A stretch of DNA of 64,000 bases, taken from assembly GCA_038204425.1 (NCBI GenBank), contig JBBRCZ010000001.1:256001-320000 (forward strand), read 5' to 3'. The notes under the pieces are model-generated. The model was not told where the DNA came from. It did no database searches and saw nothing but the letters and a program-made list of their open reading frames with translations. Origin of the DNA: Spirochaetia bacterium. Lineage in GTDB: Bacteria; Spirochaetota; Spirochaetia; DSM-27196; Salinispiraceae. Positions 9,498-18,593 of the stretch are shown piece by piece. Every line of letters starts with the position of its first letter. Position 1 is the first letter of the stretch. The position numbers and the translations under genes were made by a program.

Positions 9498-10077
9498 TGA
9501 AATACTCCTCTAGTGAACGCTCGGTTCTTGCTTTAACATCAGGGATATCTAAAAAGTTGCCATCAATTACTATATCCGCTTGCGTATGCGCCAGATCCCG
9601 TCGCTTTGAATAAATTAGTGAAAAACTCTCACGAGGATAATCTTGATCTAAAAAAGCTGGAATACCTGTTTTGATAATTCTAGAATACAAGACAGACTCT
9701 TCTACGTCTATGAAGACTACTACGGTTCCACTGCTCTTGATGATGCTCATCAAGGCAGTGTTCTCCATAGTGCCGCCACCAAGAGAGAGAACATTGCCCA
9801 CTATTTGGTTTGGCATATCGTTTTCTAGGTACTCAAAGGCCCTAAGTTCAAATTCCTTGAAGGTCTTTTGTCCTGCACTTTGGTAAAACGATCGAATACA
9901 GACTGAGTCGTCTAGCACTTCCGAAAGCCCATCGGTTCTAATCAAATCCGCAATGATCTTATCAAGGTCAAAACATCTTAGGCCCAAGTCGTCGGCAAGA
10001 AGACGAGCGACTGATGTCTTGCCGCAATGCTTAAGTCCGGATAGTGCAATGGTGGGCAAATCTACTAATTTTTGCAT
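9484..10077 (-). CDS. aroK: Shikimate kinase
   Basis: GLKHCGKT P-loop, DLD, SLGGG; overlaps the aroC start. Confidence 0.85.
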   Translation of the reverse strand: MQKLVDLPTIALSGLKHCGKTSVARLLADDLGLRCFDLDKIIADLIRTDGLSEVLDDSVCIRSFYQSAGQKTFKEFELRAFEYLENDMPNQIVGNVLSLGGGTMENTALMSIIKSSGTVVVFIDVEESVLYSRIIKTGIPAFLDQDYPRESFSLIYSKRRDLAHTQADIVIDGNFLDIPDVKARTERSLEEYFNGRK

Positions 10078-10116
10078 ATCGACTCATAGCACGAAATCAA
10101 AGCCATGTTAAGTCAA

Positions 10117-10566
10117 TTAGTACAAAACCTCTTTTATGTCCTGTGGGTTAATTCTAAAAATGGAACCTCGGCCTTGTAGAAAGTGATATTTTTCAAACAT
10201 ATGCAGGCTCAATTCATTGTAAAGCAAATGCAAACCAGTTCCGATTCTCTCCACTTCACAATTGACTTTGTGGAATATGCCGTCTTCCCAAGGCGACGGC
10301 AAGGTACCCCTAGTTTCATCAACTTTTACCAACCATTTGTTGTCGACAGTTATTGCTACACTCAATCCAGCTTTGCCGGCTTCCAATAGTTGCTTTAAGA
10401 GCAAAAAACTTTGGTCCCAGTCAAGGCCAAGTTTAGTCATAACTTCTTCATCGGCTTCGATGATATCAGTAATAGGCCGCTTGTCGCGCCCGAGAAATCC
10501 TGTTGCGGTGATAACACCAGCTTGCATATTTTCTTGTGCTTTAATACTATCAAAACTCTGTTTCAT
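10117..10566 (-). CDS. Hypothetical soluble protein, last gene of the Nqr-like operon
   Basis: AGGAG SD before ATG 10566, immediately after the nqrF stop; GFLGxD and HMFEKYHFLQGRGS motifs. Confidence 0.75.
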   Translation of the reverse strand: MKQSFDSIKAQENMQAGVITATGFLGRDKRPITDIIEADEEVMTKLGLDWDQSFLLLKQLLEAGKAGLSVAITVDNKWLVKVDETRGTLPSPWEDGIFHKVNCEVERIGTGLHLLYNELSLHMFEKYHFLQGRGSIFRINPQDIKEVLY

Positions 10567-10584
10567 GGTTAACTCCTCATCCAA

Positions 10585-11709
10585 TCAGGCAAATTTATCA
10601 AAGTAGATATTTTCTTCTTTCATGGAATTTTTACGCATTACATTCATGCATGCGTCAAGCATTCCTGGACTTCCACATAAATAACCTTCTTTGTTCTGTT
10701 CAAGTGGCATCTTTTCTTGCAAGTACGTGTTGAGCACTTCGGTGATTAGACCAGTAGCACCTTCCCATTTTTCGTCGGGCTGGGGTTCAGATAGAGCAGG
10801 AACAAAATGAAAGCGTTCATATTTTTTGTCCAAGTCCCAAAGCCAATCTAAGTAAAACATATCTCGTGTGGTTCGGGCTCCAAAGAAGTACCAAATGTCA
10901 CGTTTGCCCATGGAGCCACTTTCAATCATACCATTAAAAATTGACTTAAATGGAGCCATGCCAGAACCGCCTGCAACACAAATCATAGCTGCGTCGTTGT
11001 CTTTGACATGGAATTCACCTACTGGTGCAACTATGTTAATCTTTTGCCCTTCCTTGAGTAAAGTGTGAACATAACTGGTTACGATGCCGCCTGGCACAAG
11101 CCTAATCAAAAACTCAATATGGGTTTTGAGCTGTGGATGACTAGAAAAAGAGTAGGCACGTTGAGTTGATTCTTTTATATCACCATATGCGGGTACTTCA
11201 AACTGACCGTATTGTCCGGCAATATAGTTGAGTTCTAGTCCTTCTGGCAGCTTCAGAAGTACTTGCTTAATGTCGTGGGTAACGGTGCTAATTTTTTCAA
11301 CGTTACAGCTAAACTTTTTTATGTTAAAAAGTTCTTCAGGAATTTTGATGGCTAAGTCGGTTTTAACTTTGACCTGACAAGACAGATGCACGTTATCTGC
11401 TATCTCTTGTGCATTTAAGTAAGGAAGTTCAGTTGGCAAATGTAGACCAACGTCGCTTTGAATCTGGCACTTACAAGCCCCACATGAACCTCGACCGCCG
11501 CAAGCGGAAGGGACGTAAATTCCCTGTTCTGCGAGAGTCCCAAGCAGTTTGCTTCCGCCTTTAACTAAGAGTTGCTTTTTTCCATCGTTTATATCAATGG
11601 TTACTTCACCATAGTTGTTGACGATACTGTCGGTTATGGAAAGCAAGGCACCCAGGATCGCACTTATAAGTGCAACTACCAAAGGCGCCAAAATTATTGC
11701 TATAGACAC
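10585..11709 (-). CDS. nqrF: NqrF-like NADH dehydrogenase subunit (TM anchor, 2Fe-2S, FAD, NAD)
   Basis: N-terminal TM; CGGRGSCGAC...LSCQ; RAYSF FAD motif; GGSGMAP; YLCG; C-terminal DKFA. Confidence 0.88.
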   Translation of the reverse strand: MSIAIILAPLVVALISAILGALLSITDSIVNNYGEVTIDINDGKKQLLVKGGSKLLGTLAEQGIYVPSACGGRGSCGACKCQIQSDVGLHLPTELPYLNAQEIADNVHLSCQVKVKTDLAIKIPEELFNIKKFSCNVEKISTVTHDIKQVLLKLPEGLELNYIAGQYGQFEVPAYGDIKESTQRAYSFSSHPQLKTHIEFLIRLVPGGIVTSYVHTLLKEGQKINIVAPVGEFHVKDNDAAMICVAGGSGMAPFKSIFNGMIESGSMGKRDIWYFFGARTTRDMFYLDWLWDLDKKYERFHFVPALSEPQPDEKWEGATGLITEVLNTYLQEKMPLEQNKEGYLCGSPGMLDACMNVMRKNSMKEENIYFDKFA

Positions 11710-11727
11710 GTGCTGTACCTCACTTTC

Positions 11728-12321
11728 TTACTGTACCTTGAGCATGCCGGAAAAACCAATAAATGCCATGGCCATAAAGCCAATCGTGATGAGTGTTATA
11801 CCTGGACCTTGGAGGCCTGCCGGTACAGGATTTTTGTCCACTTTCTTTCTAATGGCCGAAAGTGCCATAATTGCCATCCACCAGCCTATACCTGAACCTA
11901 ATCCAAACGAAATTGATTGAACAAAGTCATAATTCCTGATCTGCATAAACAGAACCGCGCCCAAAATAGCACAATTAACCGTTATGAGAGGCAAAAATAT
12001 TCCTAGACTCATGTACAGGCTTGGAGAAATTCTTTCAATGACCATCTCAAGAACCTGAACAACTGCGGCAATTACAACAATAAAAACAATAAAGGCAAGG
12101 TATTCGATGCCAAGCGGAACAAGTATGAACTTAAGCACTAGCCAGTTAATGGCCACTGTCAAGACCAAGACAATGGTTACAGCTATTCCTAAGCCATTGG
12201 AACTCTTGAAATCTTTTGAAATTGATATGAATGAACACATTCCCAAAAAATTTGCCAAAAGTATATTGGATGTAAAAATAGACGCAAACAAAAGTGTAAT
12301 CGGATCAACAACTGGACTCAT
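11728..12321 (-). CDS. nqrE: NqrE/RnfA-family membrane subunit
   Basis: FLGMCSF and LPLITVNCAILG; GGAGG SD and ATGA overlap at 12321. Confidence 0.88.
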   Translation of the reverse strand: MSPVVDPITLLFASIFTSNILLANFLGMCSFISISKDFKSSNGLGIAVTIVLVLTVAINWLVLKFILVPLGIEYLAFIVFIVVIAAVVQVLEMVIERISPSLYMSLGIFLPLITVNCAILGAVLFMQIRNYDFVQSISFGLGSGIGWWMAIMALSAIRKKVDKNPVPAGLQGPGITLITIGFMAMAFIGFSGMLKVQ

Positions 12322-12950
12322 TTTTTGCCTCCTTGTGTGCTGTCTTTGAGCATCTTGGTTTTTGAAATCCAAAGAAGGATTCCAACTAAGAAAAACGCTG
12401 AAGGAGCCATAACCATAATTGTCCAGTTGTTACCACCGGCAGCAAACTCAAGGGGGAGAATTTGGACACCAAATAAAGTCCCAAAACCTAAGAACTCACG
12501 TACTACGGCAATTAGCATCAAGACCGCCATGTATCCCAAACCACTAGTCAATCCATCCCAGAAACTTAATAGTGGGGGATTGGCTTGGGCATAGGCTTCG
12601 GCACGACCCATGATAATACAGTTGGTTATAATTAGGCCTACATAAGGGCCAAGGTTCTTAGAAACTTCTGGGGCATAGGCTCGTAAAAGAATATCTACGA
12701 TAATTACGTAAAACGCTATTACCATAGTTTGCACTATCATTCTAACCTTGCGCGGAATCAAGTTGTTGATAGCTGATAGGGTAAAACTTGAAAAAGCGGT
12801 AACCAAGGCCACCCCAATGGTCATTATTAGTGTATTTGACAGTAAATTGGTTACTGCCAGCGTGGAACAGATCCCTAAGATTTGTATCAAAATGGGGTTG
12901 TTTGTCCAAACATTGTCTTTTAGTACGGCAATTATTTTATTTTCGCTCAT
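12318..12950 (-). CDS. nqrD: NqrD/RnfE-family membrane subunit
   Basis: NNPILIQILGICSTLAV, VGLIITNCIIMGRAE, REFLG. Confidence 0.88.
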   Translation of the reverse strand: MSENKIIAVLKDNVWTNNPILIQILGICSTLAVTNLLSNTLIMTIGVALVTAFSSFTLSAINNLIPRKVRMIVQTMVIAFYVIIVDILLRAYAPEVSKNLGPYVGLIITNCIIMGRAEAYAQANPPLLSFWDGLTSGLGYMAVLMLIAVVREFLGFGTLFGVQILPLEFAAGGNNWTIMVMAPSAFFLVGILLWISKTKMLKDSTQGGKK

Positions 12951-13636
12951 TGTACCGCTCCTGAAAGTATGCTCTTGAGGTCGGCAATTGACTTGTTAAC
13001 GAGGTCGCGAACACCGTTAGTAGTCAGGGTAGCTCCGGTGACTCCATCAACAACGTCGTCATTATAGTTCTGGTCGCCAGTACCATCTCCGGCCTTGTAT
13101 CTCAGGATTCCGCTTGCTGGGATAGCTTGGCCATTAAACTGATTATAGAACCATGGTTCACCAATCCGAGCGCCAAGGCCCGGTGTCTCAACTTGAGCCA
13201 GAACTTGCAAACCCTTAAATTGGCTTACTTCACTATTTACCCCGATCGCAAGTGTGATGTTTCCCCAGAGAGCGGGACCTATAAAGGTGCCAGCCCAACG
13301 TGTTTCTTGATTAACAACCGTTCTATAATAGATTTGAAATATCGGGGAGCCACTTTTTCGAGCCTGTTCCAATTGTTGATTGCTTACTTGGGTTAGTTTC
13401 TTGTTTCCATCCAGCGTGAACTTATCTAGGTCTGCAAATAGCTTGAGGATATTGTCTGTATCACTCACCGAATAGCTGATACCCAATGCTGTTAAAATGC
13501 CGTTTGCATCGCTGAGCTTGCGATTCTGCTCGACAATTGGCTTGGTTGCTTCATTGGCAAGTGCCAAAGGAAAAACTAGTACAAAAGTTGCAATAAACGA
13601 AAATATGACCGTGTAGATCAAACTGTTTTTGTTCAT
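12947..13636 (-). CDS. nqrC: NqrC/RnfG-family FMN-binding subunit
   Basis: N-terminal TM; LWG, ETPGLG and VDGVTGATLT (FMNylated Thr motif). Confidence 0.85.
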   Translation of the reverse strand: MNKNSLIYTVIFSFIATFVLVFPLALANEATKPIVEQNRKLSDANGILTALGISYSVSDTDNILKLFADLDKFTLDGNKKLTQVSNQQLEQARKSGSPIFQIYYRTVVNQETRWAGTFIGPALWGNITLAIGVNSEVSQFKGLQVLAQVETPGLGARIGEPWFYNQFNGQAIPASGILRYKAGDGTGDQNYNDDVVDGVTGATLTTNGVRDLVNKSIADLKSILSGAVQ

Positions 13637-14838
13637 GCTTTTACCTCAGCCTTAGGCGCGGCCTTTTTCTTTGCGGGTAGCAGCTCATCCAATAACGCGG
13701 CAAAGGTATTTGCAGTCAGGATGCCAAAGCTTACCCCCTCTGGAAAAGCTGAGAAACAACGAACCACAATAGTTACACCGCCGATTAAAAAACCGTAAAA
13801 CCATTGTGAAAGTGGCTTTTTAGGTGCTGTTACCGGGTCGGTTGCCATAAATACTGCAACAAAAAACAAACTACCCGCCATCATGAAGGCTGCAATGTCA
13901 CTAAGTTGGGCCAGTATGTCTTTTCCACTTGGATCGAGTAGGGGCAACTTGGCCTTCATGAGGCCAGTGTAGTAAAAGATTACAGTCAATATTAGCGCTG
14001 ACAACAAAGTTGAAACTATCATCTTCCAGTTGGCGACTCTGTTCCAGACCAAATAGATGCCAGCCAGTATTATTAAGAAAATAGGACCCTCGCCAATGCT
14101 CCCCACTCTAAGTCCAAAAAACATATTTACAAGATTGTTTTCCTTTAGGTAAGCAAGTGACGCTGGTGGATTCCAATCCGCTCCCAGTCCCCTAAACAGT
14201 TCTAGCGGTGTTGCAGTTGCAATGGCGTCGACTTCTAACTGTCCATTGCCTCGCCATCCGGTATAGGCGCTAACAATGTAAAAGGCGATTACCAAAGCTG
14301 TAGCACCAAGCGAAGTTACAATAACTCTTTTTTTGTCTTCTGGTTTCGCTTTTATTATTAGAAAAGCAACGATTGAGATTATCAAGAAGAATACTGCTTC
14401 GGTCCAAACACTTGGCAAGACTTGGACGTTAATTCCCAATGTTCCTGCAAAGCCTGGGAACATCCAGGTTGTCTGCATCAACAAAGGAAAACTGATGTAG
14501 GTAAACATCCGGCCTGCGATAGCTGGATTAAAAATATTCCGTCCAAATCCGCCGTAAGCTTCTTTTCCAATCAAAATAGCAAAAACGATGCCGACAGCTG
14601 CTACCCACAAAGGTACTGCAGGCGGCAAGGAAAGTGAGAACAGAGCTGCAGTAACCCAAACGGCTTCTGAAACCTTTTTGTTTCGCGATTTTTCCACGAC
14701 CATCTCGGTAAGAATACCCAATAAGAATACTACCGCTGTCACCACAACGCTGCGCCATCCGTAAAGCCAGATAGACCACAGAAAGATGGGTGCCAAAGAG
14801 TAGACGACTTTGCGCATCGGATCCTGTTTAATGAACAC
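13633..14838 (-). CDS. nqrB: NqrB/RnfD-family membrane subunit
   Basis: KEAYGGFGRNIFNPA, DAIATATPL (FMN-Thr), GSIGE, FMATDPVTAP, PEGVSF; GGAGG SD before GTG. Confidence 0.85.
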   Translation of the reverse strand: MFIKQDPMRKVVYSLAPIFLWSIWLYGWRSVVVTAVVFLLGILTEMVVEKSRNKKVSEAVWVTAALFSLSLPPAVPLWVAAVGIVFAILIGKEAYGGFGRNIFNPAIAGRMFTYISFPLLMQTTWMFPGFAGTLGINVQVLPSVWTEAVFFLIISIVAFLIIKAKPEDKKRVIVTSLGATALVIAFYIVSAYTGWRGNGQLEVDAIATATPLELFRGLGADWNPPASLAYLKENNLVNMFFGLRVGSIGEGPIFLIILAGIYLVWNRVANWKMIVSTLLSALILTVIFYYTGLMKAKLPLLDPSGKDILAQLSDIAAFMMAGSLFFVAVFMATDPVTAPKKPLSQWFYGFLIGGVTIVVRCFSAFPEGVSFGILTANTFAALLDELLPAKKKAAPKAEVKA

Positions 14839-15041
14839 GGTGCCTCCTTGTTCTCAAATAACTACAAATTTTCGTAAAAACATACCCTTTTATTCTACCT
14901 TTTATCGACCTGCTTAGGTAGTGTTTTTTGCACAAAACCGTTTGCACCAAAACACGACTGGGTTAGTCATAAATAGACAAGATCAAGATATGTAATCATG
15001 CTTATTTTATCAATATGAAAAGTGTGATTGGAAGCAAGGAT

Positions 15042-15070
15042 TTGTAAAAATAGTTTAATATAGCTATAGT
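15042..15070 (+). promoter_or_regulatory. Sigma70-type promoter of the lipoate ligase-PDH operon
   Basis: TTGTAA-N17-TATAGT. Confidence 0.55.
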
Positions 15071-15147
15071 GATGCCGGCAAATCGTTGCCTTTTATGACT
15101 GATTGTGTCATATTTTACCGGCTTTACTGGAACTAAGGAGTACCTGC

Positions 15148-16053
15148 TTGCCTTTTGAATCGTTTGTCTACCTCATGACATCCAGCAATACTTGCAGCAA
15201 TCTGTCTTGGGAAGAATGGCTTTTTGACCATTTGCAAGCAGATCAGCGTGCGTTTTTGGTATATGAAAATATGCCATCTTTAGTAATCGGCAAGAATCAG
15301 AATGCGTGGGTAGAAGGCGATCACACTTTTCTGAGTCAACAGAATGTAGGGGTGGTGCGCAGAGTCTCTGGCGGAGGTACGGTAGTTCATGGTAAAGGGA
15401 ATGTGAACTACTCTTTTGTGGTTCCGCGTCAAAGCTTCAGCCAGACCCAAAATCTTAGCTTGTTGCAAAGATTTTTTGGATCTTTGGGACTTATGACAAC
15501 TCAGTCAGAGCGAGGCGATCTTTTGTTTGAAGATAGAAAGTTTTCGGGAAACGCAATGGCATATCGTCAAAGGAGTGTTTTGCACCATGGGACACTATTG
15601 TTCGATCTCGAACAGGAATTTTTGTTCCGTTGTCTCAAGCGCCCTATCGCGTCTGGATGGCTTAGAAAAAATAGTTCAGTTAAATCAAACCCTATGCCTA
15701 CCGTCAATTTGGGTCGCCATTTGAAGTTCGCCAGTCAAGTTGATTTTGCTCGAGATTTGGCGCACTGGATAGCTTCGCAATGGGGAGTGGGTGTAAAAGA
15801 GATAGACAGCAGTTTGCAGCCCACAAAAACTGTGGCTTATGCAGAAAAATATAGCAATTGGCAGTGGAATTTTGGGCATTCGCCTAATTTTAGTTTTGCG
15901 GATCCTGAACCAGAGTCGCATAGGACTATAATTGAAGTAGAAAATGGCATGATGGTACGGAGAATCAATTCGGACGGCAGCCGTTTGGATTTTGATCCTT
16001 TACCCTTTGTTGGTTTTGACGATGAAGACGCCTTACGTAGATTGGTAAACTAG
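15148..16053 (+). CDS. lplA: Lipoate-protein ligase A
   Basis: IGKNQN, RRVSGGGTVVH, KFSGNA, HHGTLLF, WNFGHSP; TAAGGAG SD before TTG 15148. Confidence 0.9.
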   Translation: MPFESFVYLMTSSNTCSNLSWEEWLFDHLQADQRAFLVYENMPSLVIGKNQNAWVEGDHTFLSQQNVGVVRRVSGGGTVVHGKGNVNYSFVVPRQSFSQTQNLSLLQRFFGSLGLMTTQSERGDLLFEDRKFSGNAMAYRQRSVLHHGTLLFDLEQEFLFRCLKRPIASGWLRKNSSVKSNPMPTVNLGRHLKFASQVDFARDLAHWIASQWGVGVKEIDSSLQPTKTVAYAEKYSNWQWNFGHSPNFSFADPEPESHRTIIEVENGMMVRRINSDGSRLDFDPLPFVGFDDEDALRRLVN

Positions 16054-16072
16054 TAGAACTTGGAGGAAAGTT

Positions 16073-16513
16073 ATGGAAGTACGCGCAATGTTAGGAATTT
16101 TGGACAGGCTGTTGGATGATGCAAAGATTGCAGTTTTGGCTAACTCGGCTGAGGATGGAAGTCCCTCGGTTAGATGGATGAGTCCGGCTCTTGTTAGAGG
16201 ACGAGAAGGTTACCTATATGCGGTTACTTCGAGTAAGTTTACTAAAACCAATCAACTAGAAAAGTCCCCCAAGGTGATGTGGATGGTCCAAACCAAGGCT
16301 TTGGATGAAATTATGAGCATCAAGGGAAATATGCATGTTTTACGCAATCCTTCTTTGCAACAAGAGGTCATTGAAGCAATTGGTAGCAAGCTGGGTACCT
16401 TCTGGAAGCTCAATAAAGACACGGATGACGTAGTGGTGCTAGAAACGGTAATTGAAGAACTGGAATACTTTGCTCCTGCAAAAAATGAAAAGTCCAGCGT
16501 ACGAATTAAATAA
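16073..16513 (+). CDS. Pyridoxamine-5'-phosphate oxidase-like FMN-binding split-barrel protein
   Basis: VLAN..DGSPSVRWM...LYAVT...KTNQL..SPKV pattern; GGAGG SD. Confidence 0.7.
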   Translation: MEVRAMLGILDRLLDDAKIAVLANSAEDGSPSVRWMSPALVRGREGYLYAVTSSKFTKTNQLEKSPKVMWMVQTKALDEIMSIKGNMHVLRNPSLQQEVIEAIGSKLGTFWKLNKDTDDVVVLETVIEELEYFAPAKNEKSSVRIK

Positions 16514-16524
16514 GGAGCTTCTTA

Positions 16525-17547
16525 ATGTCGGACAAAAAATTGGGTGTAAAAAAATTGGCCATTAAGGACTACGACCCCAAGTTCCTTGAAAAGCTGCTCT
16601 ATGACATGCTGTTGATTAGGCGTTTTGAAGAAAAAGCCGGTGCGATGTATGGCCTTCGCAAAATTGGTGGGTTTTGCCACTTATACAATGGGCAAGAAGC
16701 TGTTGCTATAGGCAGTATTGGTGCCTTGGATCTTAGTAGAGATTACGTTCTCACAGGGTATCGAGACCACGGTCATGCACTGGCTTGTGGCATGCATCCC
16801 AACCAAATTATGGCCGAACTCTACGGAAAAGTGACCGGCTCGTCAAAGGGGAAAGGCGGCAGTATGCACATTTTTGATGCCGAAAAGCATATGATGGGCG
16901 GTAACGGTATTGTTGGCGCACAGATACCGATTGCAACCGGAATAGCCTTTGCCAGCGCCTATGACTTTAAACTAGGAAAAACAAAAGATATGGGTGTCAC
17001 ACTTTGTTATTTTGGTGACGGAGCGATCCATCAAGGGGCCTTTCATGAAAGCCTAAACTTGGCTAGAATTTGGAATTTGCCGGCGGTTTATATTGTTGAG
17101 AATAATCACTTTGGCATGGGAACTGCCGTTAGCCGTGTCTCGGCCGTCAGCGACTTTGACGTAAAAGCAAAGGGCTACAACATGCCAGGCATTACCGTAA
17201 ACGGCATGGACGTCCTAGAAGTATATGAGACACTAAAGTCGATTGTAAAAGAAGTGAGAGAAAACGGTATTCCTTGGTTGGTTGACATTAAGACCTATCG
17301 ATACAAAGGCCACTCGATGTCTGACCCTGCCAAGTATCGAAGCAAGGACGAAGTCGACAGTTTTAAGAACCAAGATCCAATTGTGCAACTAAAGCAGAAG
17401 ATGTTAGAAGCAGGCGTGCTTTCGGAAAGTGGATACCAAAAAATGGATGATGGTATCAAAGAACTGGTTCAAGCTTCGGTTACCTTTGCCGAAGAAAGCC
17501 CTGAACCGGCATTGGAAAGTATCTATCAGGACGCCTACGCGGAATAA
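16525..17547 (+). CDS. pdhA: Pyruvate dehydrogenase E1 alpha
   Basis: GGFCHLYNGQEA, GKGGSMH, GDGA...ENN TPP motif, YKGHSMSDP. Confidence 0.96.
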   Translation: MSDKKLGVKKLAIKDYDPKFLEKLLYDMLLIRRFEEKAGAMYGLRKIGGFCHLYNGQEAVAIGSIGALDLSRDYVLTGYRDHGHALACGMHPNQIMAELYGKVTGSSKGKGGSMHIFDAEKHMMGGNGIVGAQIPIATGIAFASAYDFKLGKTKDMGVTLCYFGDGAIHQGAFHESLNLARIWNLPAVYIVENNHFGMGTAVSRVSAVSDFDVKAKGYNMPGITVNGMDVLEVYETLKSIVKEVRENGIPWLVDIKTYRYKGHSMSDPAKYRSKDEVDSFKNQDPIVQLKQKMLEAGVLSESGYQKMDDGIKELVQASVTFAEESPEPALESIYQDAYAE

Positions 17548-17561
17548 CGGGAGAAATAATA

Positions 17562-18539
17562 ATGGCATTAATTACTTATCGTGAGGCCCTCAATCAGGCC
17601 ATGGATGAAGAAATGGCGCGGGATGACCGGGTCTATTTGATGGGCGAAGAAGTTGCCGAATATAACGGCGCTTACAAGGTTTCTAAAGGTCTTTTGGATA
17701 AATATGGTCCTATTAGGGTCATTGATACGCCAATTGCCGAGCTCGGCTTTACCGGCTTGGGGGTTGGTTCCGCAATCGTTGGTTTGCGACCAATTATCGA
17801 ATGGATGACCATGAACTTTGGAATTCTTGCACTTGATCAAATCGTAAACAACGCGGCCAAGTTAAGGCACATGTCAGGTGGACAACTTAAATGCCCGATG
17901 GTAGTCAGAGGACCCAACGGTCCAGCCGAATATTTATCAAGTCAACACAGCCAGGCCCTGGCAAGCTACTTTGCACACATACCCGGCCTAAAAGTTGTCT
18001 CTCCAATTACGCCTTATGACGCCAAGGGTTTGCTCAAGAGTGCAATCCGGGATGACAATCCAGTCATCGTGCTAGAAGCTGAAATGGTCTATGGCCATAC
18101 AGGCGAGGTTCCAGACGAAGAGTATCTGGTTCCTATCGGCAAGGCCGACGTAAAGAGAAGCGGAAGCGACGTAAGCTTTATTGCCTACGGCAAGCCGGTT
18201 TTACTCGCATTGCAGGCAGCCGCAGAACTCGAAAAGCAAGGAATTAGTGCGGAGGTTGTCGACCTTCGTTCAGTTAGACCAATTGATGAAGCAGCAATCT
18301 ACGAAAGTGTTCGTAAGACCAATCGAGCAGTAGTAATAGACGAAAGCTGGCCGATCGCATCGATAGGAAGTCATGTCTCTCATTTAATAGCGACTAATTG
18401 TTTTGATGACCTTGATGCTCCGGTTGAGTATGTTTCTTGTGAGGATGTACCCATGCCTTATAATCATGCACTTGAACTTGCAGTGCAGCCAAGCGTTGAA
18501 AAAATTGTAAAAGCGGCAAAGAAGGTTCTTTACCTTTAA
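17562..18539 (+). CDS. pdhB: Pyruvate dehydrogenase E1 beta
   Basis: MGEEVAEYNGAYK, DTPIAE, QHSQ. Confidence 0.96.
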   Translation: MALITYREALNQAMDEEMARDDRVYLMGEEVAEYNGAYKVSKGLLDKYGPIRVIDTPIAELGFTGLGVGSAIVGLRPIIEWMTMNFGILALDQIVNNAAKLRHMSGGQLKCPMVVRGPNGPAEYLSSQHSQALASYFAHIPGLKVVSPITPYDAKGLLKSAIRDDNPVIVLEAEMVYGHTGEVPDEEYLVPIGKADVKRSGSDVSFIAYGKPVLLALQAAAELEKQGISAEVVDLRSVRPIDEAAIYESVRKTNRAVVIDESWPIASIGSHVSHLIATNCFDDLDAPVEYVSCEDVPMPYNHALELAVQPSVEKIVKAAKKVLYL

Positions 18540-18593
18540 GAGATTGAGAGTATGTTTGTTCACTCAAGAAATAGAGCAAACTAGGAGACCAGC

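Noticed and set aside
15074..15090. Possible sigma54 promoter GGCAAATCGTTGC
   Set aside because: The GG-to-GC spacing is 9 nt, not the required 10.
15103..15120. Rex-like operator (also a similar site at about 27200-27217)
   Set aside because: Only about half the positions of TTGTGAA-N4-TTCACAA match.
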